From: Candidatus Krumholzibacteriota bacterium
GTDB taxonomy: Bacteria; Krumholzibacteriota; Krumholzibacteriia; JAJRXK01
Length of the DNA stretch: 64,000 nucleotides
Assembly: GCA_963764625.1 (NCBI GenBank)
Contig: CAVXTH010000007.1
Location: 128,001 to 192,000, forward strand
Reading direction: 5' to 3'
Shown: piece by piece, positions 22,030-31,519 of the stretch
Numbering within the stretch: the first letter of the stretch is position 1
How the letters are laid out: each line of letters starts with the position of its first letter
Made by a program: the position numbers and the translations under genes
The notes under the pieces: model-generated
What the model saw: the letters and a program-made list of their open reading frames with translations, nothing else
What the model was told of the DNA's origin: nothing
Database searches by the model: none

Positions 22030-22869
22030 GTGCGGCAATCACCCTCCCTCGAACTCTCCGTGGTCATCCCCGTACACGACGAGGAAGCGAACGTCCACCG
22101 TTTGACCGAGGAAATCGATGCGGCCCTGAATGGCCTGCGGTGGGAGTGCATCTGGGTGGATGATGCTTCGGTCGACCTCACCCTCACCCGTCTCCGCGAA
22201 GTCCAATCGAACGGAAACGGATTGCATCGCGTGCTCTGCTTCCAGCGGCAGCGGGGACAGAGCGCGGCTCTGATCGCCGGCTTCAAGGCGGCCCGGGGGG
22301 AGTTCGTCGCCAGTTTGGACGGGGACGGACAAAACGATCCCAAGGACTTGCCGCGCTTGCTCGAAATCGCGGTGCGTGACGAACTGGACATGGTCAATGG
22401 CGTGAGGATACAACGGCACGACAACTGGATTCGCATCGTGTCCTCGCGCATCGGCAACGGATTTCGCAACCTCGTCACCGGTGATCACATTACCGACGTC
22501 GGCTGTTCCACTCGCGTTTTCCGCCGCGAGTTCGTCGATGCTCTCCCTCACTTCAAGGGCATGCACCGATTTCTGCCCACTTTCGTGCGGGCGGCAGGCG
22601 GTGTGATCGGTGAGGCTCCGGTTGCTCACCGTCCACGGGCGGGGGGACAAACGAAGTACGGCGTGGGCAATCGGCTTTTCCGTGGCCTGGTCGATACGCT
22701 CGGAGTGCGGTGGTATGCGCGCCGAGAGGTGAGAGTCGATGCCTCGGAAACCGATGTGAGGGAAGCGGAAGTCGTGGAGCTGAACGCGGCTCGAATGAAC
22801 GCAGCTCGGTCCAATGCGGACCGGGAGTTCTCGCTCAGTCCTGAAATCGAAGGCGGCCCCTCGCAGTGA
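22030..22869 (+). CDS. GT2 polyprenol-phosphate glycosyltransferase (ArnC/DPM1-like)
   Basis: LSVVIPVHDEE, VDDAS, GQSAAL, LDGDGQND, DVGCS, GMHRFLP, HRPR..G.TKYG. The true start is within the long ORF 21277-22869. Confidence 0.9.
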   Translation: MRQSPSLELSVVIPVHDEEANVHRLTEEIDAALNGLRWECIWVDDASVDLTLTRLREVQSNGNGLHRVLCFQRQRGQSAALIAGFKAARGEFVASLDGDGQNDPKDLPRLLEIAVRDELDMVNGVRIQRHDNWIRIVSSRIGNGFRNLVTGDHITDVGCSTRVFRREFVDALPHFKGMHRFLPTFVRAAGGVIGEAPVAHRPRAGGQTKYGVGNRLFRGLVDTLGVRWYARREVRVDASETDVREAEVVELNAARMNAARSNADREFSLSPEIEGGPSQ

Positions 22870-23147
22870 TCGATCGCATCTGGCTTGCAGTAGGACTCGT
22901 GGCGCAGGGAATGTTCATGGGACGTTTCCTGGTGCAATGGATCATCAGTGAGCGTAAAGGTGAGAGCACCATTCCAGTCGCCTTCTGGTATCTGAGCATC
23001 GCCGGCGGTATTCTGCTTCTGGCCTATGCGTGTTGGCGGCGCGATCCCGTATTCATTCTCGGGCAGAGCACCGGCATCATCGTGTACACTCGCAACCTCG
23101 TGCTCATGAGGCGCAGTCGCAGAAGAGCACTGCAGGCGGATGCCTAA
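22866..23147 (+). CDS. Lipid-A-disaccharide synthase N-terminal (LAB_N) domain membrane protein
   Basis: GLVAQGMFMGRFLVQWIISE..S.IPVAFWYLS..RRDPVFILGQ..YTRNL. Confidence 0.85.
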   Translation: MIDRIWLAVGLVAQGMFMGRFLVQWIISERKGESTIPVAFWYLSIAGGILLLAYACWRRDPVFILGQSTGIIVYTRNLVLMRRSRRRALQADA

Positions 23148-24645
23148 CCGTTCTTGGCTGTGGCTTTTCCTGTTGGCCTCGGTCGTGGCCTTCGGATTCC
23201 AGGGCACTCGTGGACTGAGTGATCCCGACGAAGGACGCTATAGCGAAGTCGCGCGCGAGATGCTCGTGAGCGGCGACCTTGTGCATCCCCAACTCGAAGC
23301 GCAACCGCACTACTCTAAGCCACCCCTGACCTATTGGTCGATCGCGGCCTCGATGGCGCTGTTCGGGCAGAATGAATGGGCCGCTCGCCTCTTTCAATCC
23401 CTGTCCTACCTGGCCACCATCCTGCTCGTGGCGGCGAGTGGCGTCGCGCTGTTCGGAAGTTCAGTGGGAGGGTTGGCGGGCATCGTATACGCGAGCATGG
23501 CGCTGCCCTTCGTGGCCGCGAACATCATCACCACCGACACGCTGCTGACCCTGTGGGAAGCGCTGGCCGTCTTCGCTTTCATTCGCGGGCGCAGTGCGAC
23601 GAGTCCTTCCGCCCGGCGCTTCTGGCCTGCGCTCTGTGGTCTCGCCTTCGGATTGGCGTTCTTCACCAAAGGTCCTCCAGGATTGCTCTTTCTGGCGGCG
23701 CTGCTCGTCTACACGCGATTGCCGGTCGGACGTCGCGATCGCGGGGCCCCCCTGCTCGACGGCCTGGGAATTCTGCTGCTCCTGGGGGTCGGATTGTGGT
23801 GGTTCGTCTATCTCGCCCTCACCACCAAGGGCATCACATCGTACTTTCTGGGCGATGAGGTCGTGGGACGTTTGGCGGGAGAGCACCATCGCAACGCGGG
23901 CCTGATGGGTGCCGTCAAAGTCTACCTGCCCATTCTGACTCTGGGGACGCTTCCCTGGTCGGTGACCTGGATCGTGGCGTGGCAACGGATGCGCAAGAAG
24001 ACTCCCGAGCTCACCCACCTCTGGCAGGCCTGGCGGCGTCGGCCCGCTCTGACCATGCTCGTGCTCTTGATTCTTGTTCCCCTCCTCGTCTTCACCCTCT
24101 CGCGCTCGCGCCTGCCTCTTTACGTCTTGCCTCTCTTCATTCCGATCTCGCTTGCGACCGCTCGCGCCCTTCAGCTCGCCTTTAAGAGTGCGGCGCGAGA
24201 CTTGGCCACTTTGCGTCTCCGCTCCGGTTGGGGTCTGGGGATCGGGGTATGGGTTCTGGTTCTTCTTGCCCTTCGCGTGGGCTACGCCCACTGGCCGGAC
24301 GAGGCCAACGCGCGTGCGCTGCATGGCAAGCTGCCGGTGACGCGCGCCGATGAGATCGTGGTGATCGATGGGGTGCGCTCGGTGCACGGGCTCGCCTTCT
24401 ACGATAGGCGTGAGCTGGAGTACGCTGCCTGGTCCAAGGACGAAGCGAAGCAGCGGGGTTGGTCCACCGTGCAGGCCAAGCTCGAGCGCCTACAGGCTCA
24501 TCCCGCAGAGCGTTATCTCTTCTTGGTGAAGCCCCAATCAGTCGAGAACTTGCAGTCGATGCTCGAGGGACGTGGTCTCGTGGCAGAGACCACCATCAAA
24601 GGGAAGAAGATCGTCGCTCTGTTGTGCGGCTCCGGAAATTCCTAG
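23140..24645 (+). CDS. ArnT/GT83-like membrane glycosyltransferase
   Basis: DPDEGRYSEVAREM, KPPLTYW, NEWAAR, FTKGP, SRLPLYVLP; many TM helices. Confidence 0.85.
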   Translation: MPNRSWLWLFLLASVVAFGFQGTRGLSDPDEGRYSEVAREMLVSGDLVHPQLEAQPHYSKPPLTYWSIAASMALFGQNEWAARLFQSLSYLATILLVAASGVALFGSSVGGLAGIVYASMALPFVAANIITTDTLLTLWEALAVFAFIRGRSATSPSARRFWPALCGLAFGLAFFTKGPPGLLFLAALLVYTRLPVGRRDRGAPLLDGLGILLLLGVGLWWFVYLALTTKGITSYFLGDEVVGRLAGEHHRNAGLMGAVKVYLPILTLGTLPWSVTWIVAWQRMRKKTPELTHLWQAWRRRPALTMLVLLILVPLLVFTLSRSRLPLYVLPLFIPISLATARALQLAFKSAARDLATLRLRSGWGLGIGVWVLVLLALRVGYAHWPDEANARALHGKLPVTRADEIVVIDGVRSVHGLAFYDRRELEYAAWSKDEAKQRGWSTVQAKLERLQAHPAERYLFLVKPQSVENLQSMLEGRGLVAETTIKGKKIVALLCGSGNS

Positions 24646-25334
24646 CCCAGACTCCCCAGGTGCTCACAGCCCACGACGTACTTGCTGTTCTTGGTAACCA
24701 GGAGCGACAACCCCTGGAGCACCCGGCCCACTTGCTCTGCCGCGCCGCGCTGAGCTTTTACCTCCACCACGAGAGTCCCCGGCGGTTGCGTGGCGAACCG
24801 GAGATTCGGCCGTGTGGTGGCCCATTGGTTCCAGTATTTCTGGTGCGTGTCTATGGTCACCCGGACGGCACGGTTAGCAGTAATCAGATAGCTGCGGAGA
24901 TAACGATTGATGATCACGGGCTGGTCGAGAGTTCGAGAGGCGGATCGGACGTCTTCGGGAACGCTGCGCATCATCAGATCGAGGAAGGCACTCCAACTCA
25001 TCGATCGGAGGTTCACCCGCTCCGTTACCGGGAAGGATCGTTTCCAGCCCAAAGCGCCGTGCTTCAGTTTGAATTCAAGATGGCCGCCCGCACCGTCCAT
25101 CGCCTCGCCGTACCATCGGTACCGCAGTTTGCTGCGATCGCTGACGCCGGCGTAGTTCTGGTTGAGCCGCGAGAGGTTCCGCGAATCGAGGTAGACGTTG
25201 TTGACCCATCGCTGGGGGTGAAGTTTCCGTAGCGCGAGGGGATGAACTCTCACTTGGGCCAAGAGCCGCGGCAAATACCCTTCCGGGGCGGCCAGCTTGA
25301 CTTCGTAGCGCAGGTCTTCCACCGGAATCATCAT
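24642..25334 (-). CDS. VTC (polyphosphate polymerase-like, CYTH-fold) domain protein
   Basis: RYEVK, VNNVYLD, RSKLRYRWYG, LEFKLK, RVTID, VVEVK, SKYV. Confidence 0.8.
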   Translation of the reverse strand: MMIPVEDLRYEVKLAAPEGYLPRLLAQVRVHPLALRKLHPQRWVNNVYLDSRNLSRLNQNYAGVSDRSKLRYRWYGEAMDGAGGHLEFKLKHGALGWKRSFPVTERVNLRSMSWSAFLDLMMRSVPEDVRSASRTLDQPVIINRYLRSYLITANRAVRVTIDTHQKYWNQWATTRPNLRFATQPPGTLVVEVKAQRGAAEQVGRVLQGLSLLVTKNSKYVVGCEHLGSLG

Positions 25335-27921
25335 TCAGTTCCCCAAGACGCCCGTGGCGTACAATTTGCTCACGTCGAAGTCGCTGGTCGGCAGAGTGCG
25401 ACCATCGAGGGTGACGGTGCAGCCGGTTTGCACCAAGGAGACTCTCTGAACCGAAGGAAACTCGATGTGAGTCGCATCGATCGAGGCCGGGCCATAGACC
25501 GGCTTCTTGACGTAGGCGGCAAGCCCGATCTTCGCGTTGCGAATCACCCCATCTTGAACAATGACGGTGGAGAGGTCCTTGCTGGCCACTCCGATGCTGG
25601 TTTCATCCACTTGTAGCTGCGCCACGCGCACATTCGATTCCTCGCCGGCCGAAATCGCCTTGTCACTGATGCGCAGGGCCTGAATGCGACGCATGTCCAC
25701 GGTGCTACCGCTCAAGTCGAGCGCGTCTCCCCCGACATCGTGGAAGGAACAGTCCGAGACGCTGCCCTGCACGAAATCGCAATCGAGCGCGTCGGAGAGG
25801 CAGTCGCCAATGATGGAGTTTTCCATCGAGAAACGGGTCCGCACCAGATGAACCGCATCTTCGCCCCGGTGGTTCTCGAAGCGGCAGTCGCGAATCTCCA
25901 ACGGACTCTGGTACGCGGTCACCCCCCCGGTGAGGAACCATCCCGGCCGGTCGACCCCCTTGGTCGCGCGAACCTCCACGTGATCCCAGCGGCTCAATGA
26001 ATCGACATCCATGAGGACCAGACCACCCCAATCTTCACCCTCGGGCAAGAACCGCACCGGCTTGTCTTTGGTACCCGAGCAGTTTAGGGGAGCGCGGGCG
26101 AGGATGACCGCGCCCGTTTTCATCCGCAGGGTCACGCCGGGCAAAAATCGGGTGGTCACGGCGGGAAGGATCAGGTCGTGATCGAGATGCCACTCCCCGG
26201 GCATGACACTCAGATCCCCGGTGCGCGCGTCCCAGTGAAGCCAGGACTCGCGGCTTGCGAAGAGCGCGGGGTCAGCGGGGGCGGCGGGCAATACCGCCGG
26301 CTGGGCGAAGGACTCGGTGGCCGCACGGAGAACGCACTCACGCCGGGTCTGCGGCAGGGCGAAACTCTGGAACACCGCGTCGTACTTGCTCGCCCTGGGC
26401 AGGGAGGGAGAGCGGCACGTGAAACTCGTGCTCTTGCCGCGACTCCAGTTTCTCATAGGCGGAGAGGAATAGTGGTTGAGGAAGCTCGAAGCTTCGGTTA
26501 CCCACTCTCACCGCGAGTAGCTCGAGCGGGACGTCGCAGACCGAGCCCACCCGCAACTTCAAGCCCTCTCCGTCCGCAGAGTACTTCCCCTCCAGGGCCA
26601 CCGGGGTTTGCAGCTTGCCCCGGAAGAAGCGCTGTCCATCCAGAAGCGCCGGCGCGGGGCTTTGCAACTGCGGCCATTCGAGGTGCAGGGCGAGCAGACG
26701 GTCGTGCAGGCCCTTTCCGTATTCATCGAGCAGCGACTTCGACCACGCGGGATCCGAATACTCCCACAGCGCTCTCATGTAGAGCGACAGCGCCTCTTTC
26801 TGGGCCAGAAAGTCGCGAATCCACGGGTACCAGCCGCCGCGGCTCATGGAGAATTGCTGCCCGGCGAAGAGATCGGAGCGCATCTTGTCTTCCTCCGACC
26901 AACCCCAGGGCTCCCCGTCGAAGGCGATGGGCTCCAGCCGCGTCGTCACCGGATTGTAATAGAAACGGAGGTTGTGCCAGATGAGGGCGTGATCGGCGCC
27001 CCACACCCGGCAGAGGGCCAGAAAGCGCGCCATGCTCTGAAGGTCGAAGACCTGCGAGGGCTTCAGTTTTTCTCGTTGGAAGCCCTCGAGCAGGTGTCGC
27101 GTGGCTTCCATCTGTTCGCGCATGACCGGGTTTTCCTGAAGCTTGCTCTGCGAGAAGAAGCTCACCTGAGCGGTGCGAAAGTCGAGGTGATCCAGGTCGA
27201 ACCAGCCGAGGTGGAAATCGTTGTGGGAAATGCGGCGCTGTTCCCAGTGGGGATTCTCGTCGAACTTGGCGATCGGGGCTTCCGCGCGTTTCTCGCTCTC
27301 CAATAGCTCCTTGGCGAAGTGCTCCTCGACCGCGTAGATCCCTTTCGACTTTCCGTTGAAGACGAGTTTGACGAAATCGTAACGCGGCGCCAGGATGCCC
27401 TCCCGGCGTACGCTGGCCAGGAAGAGCCACTCCCCGAGGTACCGGCGCACCCACGGAGCTTGGACCGAGAAGCGGCGCATTCCGTGGTATTGCGTGCCTT
27501 TCTTCGTCTTCACCCGGAACGACCATTTGTCGGTTTGGAAATGGTCGGGCCAGTCCCCTTTGAGCCGCATCTTCACCGGAATCGTTCGACCGTCGGCCTC
27601 CAATTCGGCCGGCACTTCATCGCTGTCGTCGCTGAAGAGGAGCCCCACGCGCAAGGCCTCTTCGCGCTTGGCGAGAATCTTCTCGTAGTCCTTGAACTTC
27701 ATGTGGAAATGGAGCTCGTCCAGGGGTGGCGCGTGCAATTTGGCGTGGAGCAGCGATTTGGGAATGTCCAGTAGCATTCCCTTGGGATCGTGTTTCACGC
27801 GCCGTAGGAAATCGATTCGCAACAGCCCCAAACCGGCTGCGATGACGAAGAGGGCGAAGAGGAAAATGGACAGGCGCCCGGGCCAGCGCCGTTTTCGCTC
27901 GCCCGAATCGAGGATCTTCAT
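25335..27921 (-). CDS. CotH-family kinase with C-terminal right-handed beta-helix; one frameshift near 26400
   Basis: KMRLKGDWPDH, KWSFRVK, GIYAVEEHF, HALIWHNLRFYYNP..LEPIAFD in ORF 26338-27921. Continues in ORF 25335-26456 with EDAVHL, DALDCDF, DALDLSGS, DKAISAGE, GVASKD. Confidence 0.8.
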
Positions 27922-27927
27922 GGCGAC

Positions 27928-28608
27928 TCAACCACCCAGGAAGTTCTGTTGCTCCACGAAGGTAACTCGGGCGCCGGGAAACGCGCTGCGCAGGTGGTCC
28001 ATGCCGGCGATGAGCTCCTTGTCGCTGCGGCATCGCACGAAGTAACTCGCCTGCAGCTCGCCATCGGCCACGTCCATCCGCCGCATGTCGGCAAAGCTCA
28101 AGTGTTCAGCCAGGATCGAGTGAATGGCATCGAAGGTCACGCGTCCGTCCTCGACAGAAGGCACGATGATGTTCAGGAAAAGATTCTCGTCCTTGCGGTG
28201 CGTTCCCGAGCGGGAGACCAATGCTCCCACGATGAGGATCACTGGGGCCGCCGCCAGGGCGGAGTAGCGCTGATCGGCGCCCAAAGACAGGCCCACCGCG
28301 ATGCACAAAAAGAGATAGGCCAGCTCCTCGGGCTCCTTGATGGGGGTACGGAAGCGTACGATCGAGAGCGCCCCGACCAGCCCCAGGGAGAGAGCCAGCG
28401 AGGACTTCACCACGCTGATGATGAGAATGGTGGTCAAGACGATGAAGGGGAAGGTCTTGGCCAGGGCTACTCGATTCGAGAGACTGCGGCCGAAACGGAC
28501 GTAGTGCCAGGAGAGGAGCAGCGACAAGACGATCCCCAGCCCCAAGTTCAGGAGCAGATCGCTGAGCGAGAGGGGGGTCGCCGCCAATTGGGTAATGCTG
28601 TTGGGCAT
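27928..28608 (-). CDS. DUF4956 family membrane protein
   Basis: SSLALSLGLVGALSIVRFRTPIKEPEELAYLF signature; GAGGAGG RBS before ATG 28608. Confidence 0.9.
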   Translation of the reverse strand: MPNSITQLAATPLSLSDLLLNLGLGIVLSLLLSWHYVRFGRSLSNRVALAKTFPFIVLTTILIISVVKSSLALSLGLVGALSIVRFRTPIKEPEELAYLFLCIAVGLSLGADQRYSALAAAPVILIVGALVSRSGTHRKDENLFLNIIVPSVEDGRVTFDAIHSILAEHLSFADMRRMDVADGELQASYFVRCRSDKELIAGMDHLRSAFPGARVTFVEQQNFLGG

Positions 28609-28685
28609 CGTGCCTCCTCGGATCCCTTGAGATTCCGGGCCAGAGACTAGCAGAGGGCAGGCCAGGTGGCGACGGCTTCCGTGCC

Positions 28686-28735
28686 TTGACAGGATCGAGC
28701 TTGCAGACCATACTTTGATCGGTGTCCGTACAAAG
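28686..28735 (+). promoter_or_regulatory. Sigma70 promoter overlapped by putative ROK operator
   Basis: TTGACA(28686)-17-CATACT(28709) followed by palindrome CTTTGATCG-GTGTC-CGTACAAAG. Confidence 0.65.
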
Positions 28736-28845
28736 GGTGGATTTTGATTCCTGCCCAGGACTCTCATCTTGGGGTGTGAACCATTCCTCGCAGTTTCTTG
28801 GAGGCTTTCGCGTGAAGCAGCTCGTCGCTCGACTCTTCGCTCTCT

Positions 28846-30210
28846 ATGGCGCTCTCGATGCTGATCTTCCAGCTGGGATGCAGTGGACGTGACCCCATGG
28901 GTCTCGAGCCGGCGCGGGCCTCCGTCGACCCCCTTGTCTTCGGGGATGACTACGACGCTGACGTCTACTTCCAGGCATTCTTCCAGACGAACTATACCGC
29001 GGTCCAGGTGGACTCCGTCTACGCCTACAACGGTTACGCTCCTGACGGCGCGCGCTCCCTCAAGATCACAGTCGCACCGATCGGTTCCGCCCTCGGTCTC
29101 TATTCCGGGGGAGTTCTGACCTCGGCGGCAAGCCGGGACCTGGCCGATTACAACGCTCTGACTTTCTACGCACGGGCAAGCGCGGACATTTCCCTCGACC
29201 TGGTGGGGTTCGGGAACGACAACACCGGCACTTCGCTGTATGAGGCCAGACGTTCGGGGCTCGCTCTGACCCGCGATTGGCAATACGTCGTCGTTCCCAT
29301 TCCCGCGCCCTCCAAGCTCATTGCGGAGCGAGGGCTCTTCACCTTCGCGGAGGGTCTGCAGGAAGAGTATCCGGACGGCTACGACATCTGGGTCGATGAG
29401 ATCAAGTTCGCCAAGGTCGACGGCATCTCGGTCTTCCGCCCCAGCATGCGCTCGGTGAGTCGCCAGTATTTCGTGGGCGCGACGGTTAGCCTCGACGGAA
29501 CCTCCACCATCTTCCAAGTGAATGGCGCGTTCGTCCCGGTGGACCATTCGCCCAACTACTTCGACTTCGTCTCGTCCGATCCCGCGGTGGCCACGGTGAG
29601 CCAGGGCAGAGTGAGGGTCGTGGGTACCGGAAGCGCCACGATCACCGCCACGCTCCAGGACACACCGGTCCTCGGCAGCGTCGCGCTCACCGGATATGAG
29701 CCTCCCGCGGTCGCTCCTGTGTCGCCCACCCTTCCCGCGGCCGACGTGATCTCGATGCTGAGCGACGTCTATCCGAACGTCCCCGTCGACACCTGGCGCG
29801 CGGATTGGGGAGGGGTCACCACCCAGATCGAGGACTACTCGGTGGCCGGCAACCACATGAAGCTGTACTCCTCGTTGAACTGGGTGGGCATCGAGTTCCT
29901 GAACCCGGTAATCGACGCCAGCGCCATGACCCATCTCCACGTGGACGTCTACGCACCGGCCGGCACGAATTTCCGGCTGAAGCTGGTCTCGTTCCCCACC
30001 GAACTCACCCATTCGGTGGAGACGGTGGAAAAGGTCTTCGATGCCAGCTCTACGCCCGTCTTCACTCCGGGCTCCTGGTCGTCGCTGGACATTCCGCTGA
30101 GCGATTTCCAGCTTCCCGCTTCCTGGGACTGGGCTCGCATCGGGCAGCTCGTTCTCGCCTCATCGGATGCGCAGCTCGTGCTGGTGGACAATCTCTACTG
30201 GCACAAATAA
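28846..30210 (+). CDS. Carbohydrate-binding surface lipoprotein (CBM-like + Ig-like Big_2 + CBM-like)
   Basis: Lipobox LGC; SSDPAVATV..GTGSATITA Big_2; ADVISMLSDVY..VDTW module. The true start is probably GTG 28812 (GGAGG RBS) with a 1-nt frameshift. Confidence 0.65.
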   Translation: MALSMLIFQLGCSGRDPMGLEPARASVDPLVFGDDYDADVYFQAFFQTNYTAVQVDSVYAYNGYAPDGARSLKITVAPIGSALGLYSGGVLTSAASRDLADYNALTFYARASADISLDLVGFGNDNTGTSLYEARRSGLALTRDWQYVVVPIPAPSKLIAERGLFTFAEGLQEEYPDGYDIWVDEIKFAKVDGISVFRPSMRSVSRQYFVGATVSLDGTSTIFQVNGAFVPVDHSPNYFDFVSSDPAVATVSQGRVRVVGTGSATITATLQDTPVLGSVALTGYEPPAVAPVSPTLPAADVISMLSDVYPNVPVDTWRADWGGVTTQIEDYSVAGNHMKLYSSLNWVGIEFLNPVIDASAMTHLHVDVYAPAGTNFRLKLVSFPTELTHSVETVEKVFDASSTPVFTPGSWSSLDIPLSDFQLPASWDWARIGQLVLASSDAQLVLVDNLYWHK

Positions 30211-30253
30211 GATCGTCTCGCCTCGAAGCCTCAACCGTGAGAGAATTGGCGAG

Positions 30254-31519
30254 ATGCACAATCACAACCTGAATCGCAAGGGGTTACGGCGCGTCGATGC
30301 CGATGGCCCGCGCCCCTTGGCCGACGCCGTGCTGCGGCTCATCTGGCAGGAGCGGCGCATCTCCCGGGCGGAAATCGCACGCCACGCCAAACTCTCCCGC
30401 TCGACCGTCTCGGAGATCGTCAACGAGATCCTTCCCATGGGACTCATCGCCGAAATCGGCGAAGGCCCCTCTCGCGGCGGCCGTCCGCCCATCGTGCTGG
30501 AATTTTGTGACGATGCTTGTGTCATCCTGGGCGTCGAAATGGGCGCGGCCCACGTCGTGGTCACCCTCATCGATCTGCGCGGCAAGGTGTTGAGCTGGGA
30601 ATCGCGCGAGCATCCCGTGCGCACCGATCCTCCCGGCACTCGACGGCTCATCGCGGAACTCTGCAAGGCCTGCCTCGCGGCCTCGGCGGTAGGCGATCGC
30701 CCCCTGGTCGGAATCGGGGTCGCGGTTCCTTGCCCGGTCGACCCCTTCGGAAACCACCGTCTTTCGAATGTAGTGCTGCCCGCCTGGGAAGGGCAGCTGG
30801 GCCTGGAGGACCTCGCCAAGCACTACGGCGTGCCCCTGATGGTCGACAACGACGCCAACCTGGGCGCGTTGGCCGAGCAATGGTGGGGAGTGGGACGGGG
30901 CGTCGACGACATCGCCTACATCAAAGTCGCCACCGGAATTGGATCCGGGCACGTCATCGGGGGAGAGATCTATCGGGGCGCGACCGGCGTCGCGGGCGAA
31001 ATCGGCCACATCGCCATCGACCCGCAAGGCAAACCCTGCATCTGCGGCTTGCGCGGCTGCCTTGTCACTCTGATCGGCGGACCGGCCCTGGTCGCGCGCG
31101 CCGAGGAGCTGAGCCGCGAGTATCCCCAGAGTACGCTGGCCCAGGGGAAGCACAGTGTCCGCGAGATCGAGGACGCCGCTCTCGCGGGCGACCCGCTCGC
31201 CTTGCAGGTGGCGCAGGAAGCGGCTGGCTATCTCGGCCGAGCCGTCGCGAGTCTGTTGAATCTCATGAATCCCTCCCTGGTGATCGTGGGAGGGGACTTG
31301 GCTCAGCTCGGGGACCTTCTGATCGGCCCCCTCCGCGACACGGTCGAGAAGCGCACGCTCGTCAGCTCGGTCGCCGCGGCACAGATCCGCACCAGCGAAC
31401 TCGGTTTCCGCTCCACGGCCATCGGCGCGGCGACTCTGGTCCTGAAGGCCGCCCTGGCCGACTCGAGGTTGTTTCCCCCGGTGGGGGAAGCTAAATCGCC
31501 AATTGCAGATAGGTCCTGA
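30254..31519 (+). CDS. ROK family transcriptional repressor (NagC/XylR-like)
   Basis: HTH ISRAEIA..LSRSTVS, GGRPP, DNDANLGALAE, GEIGH, CICGLRGC. Confidence 0.93.
   Translation: MHNHNLNRKGLRRVDADGPRPLADAVLRLIWQERRISRAEIARHAKLSRSTVSEIVNEILPMGLIAEIGEGPSRGGRPPIVLEFCDDACVILGVEMGAAHVVVTLIDLRGKVLSWESREHPVRTDPPGTRRLIAELCKACLAASAVGDRPLVGIGVAVPCPVDPFGNHRLSNVVLPAWEGQLGLEDLAKHYGVPLMVDNDANLGALAEQWWGVGRGVDDIAYIKVATGIGSGHVIGGEIYRGATGVAGEIGHIAIDPQGKPCICGLRGCLVTLIGGPALVARAEELSREYPQSTLAQGKHSVREIEDAALAGDPLALQVAQEAAGYLGRAVASLLNLMNPSLVIVGGDLAQLGDLLIGPLRDTVEKRTLVSSVAAAQIRTSELGFRSTAIGAATLVLKAALADSRLFPPVGEAKSPIADRS

Noticed and set aside
28368-28379. 12-nt match (GCGCCCCGACCA) to the tRNA-Pro 3' end, as a possible attR
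   Set aside because: It lies inside the conserved LVGALS coding motif of DUF4956, is short and GC-rich, and no integrase is present; chance match
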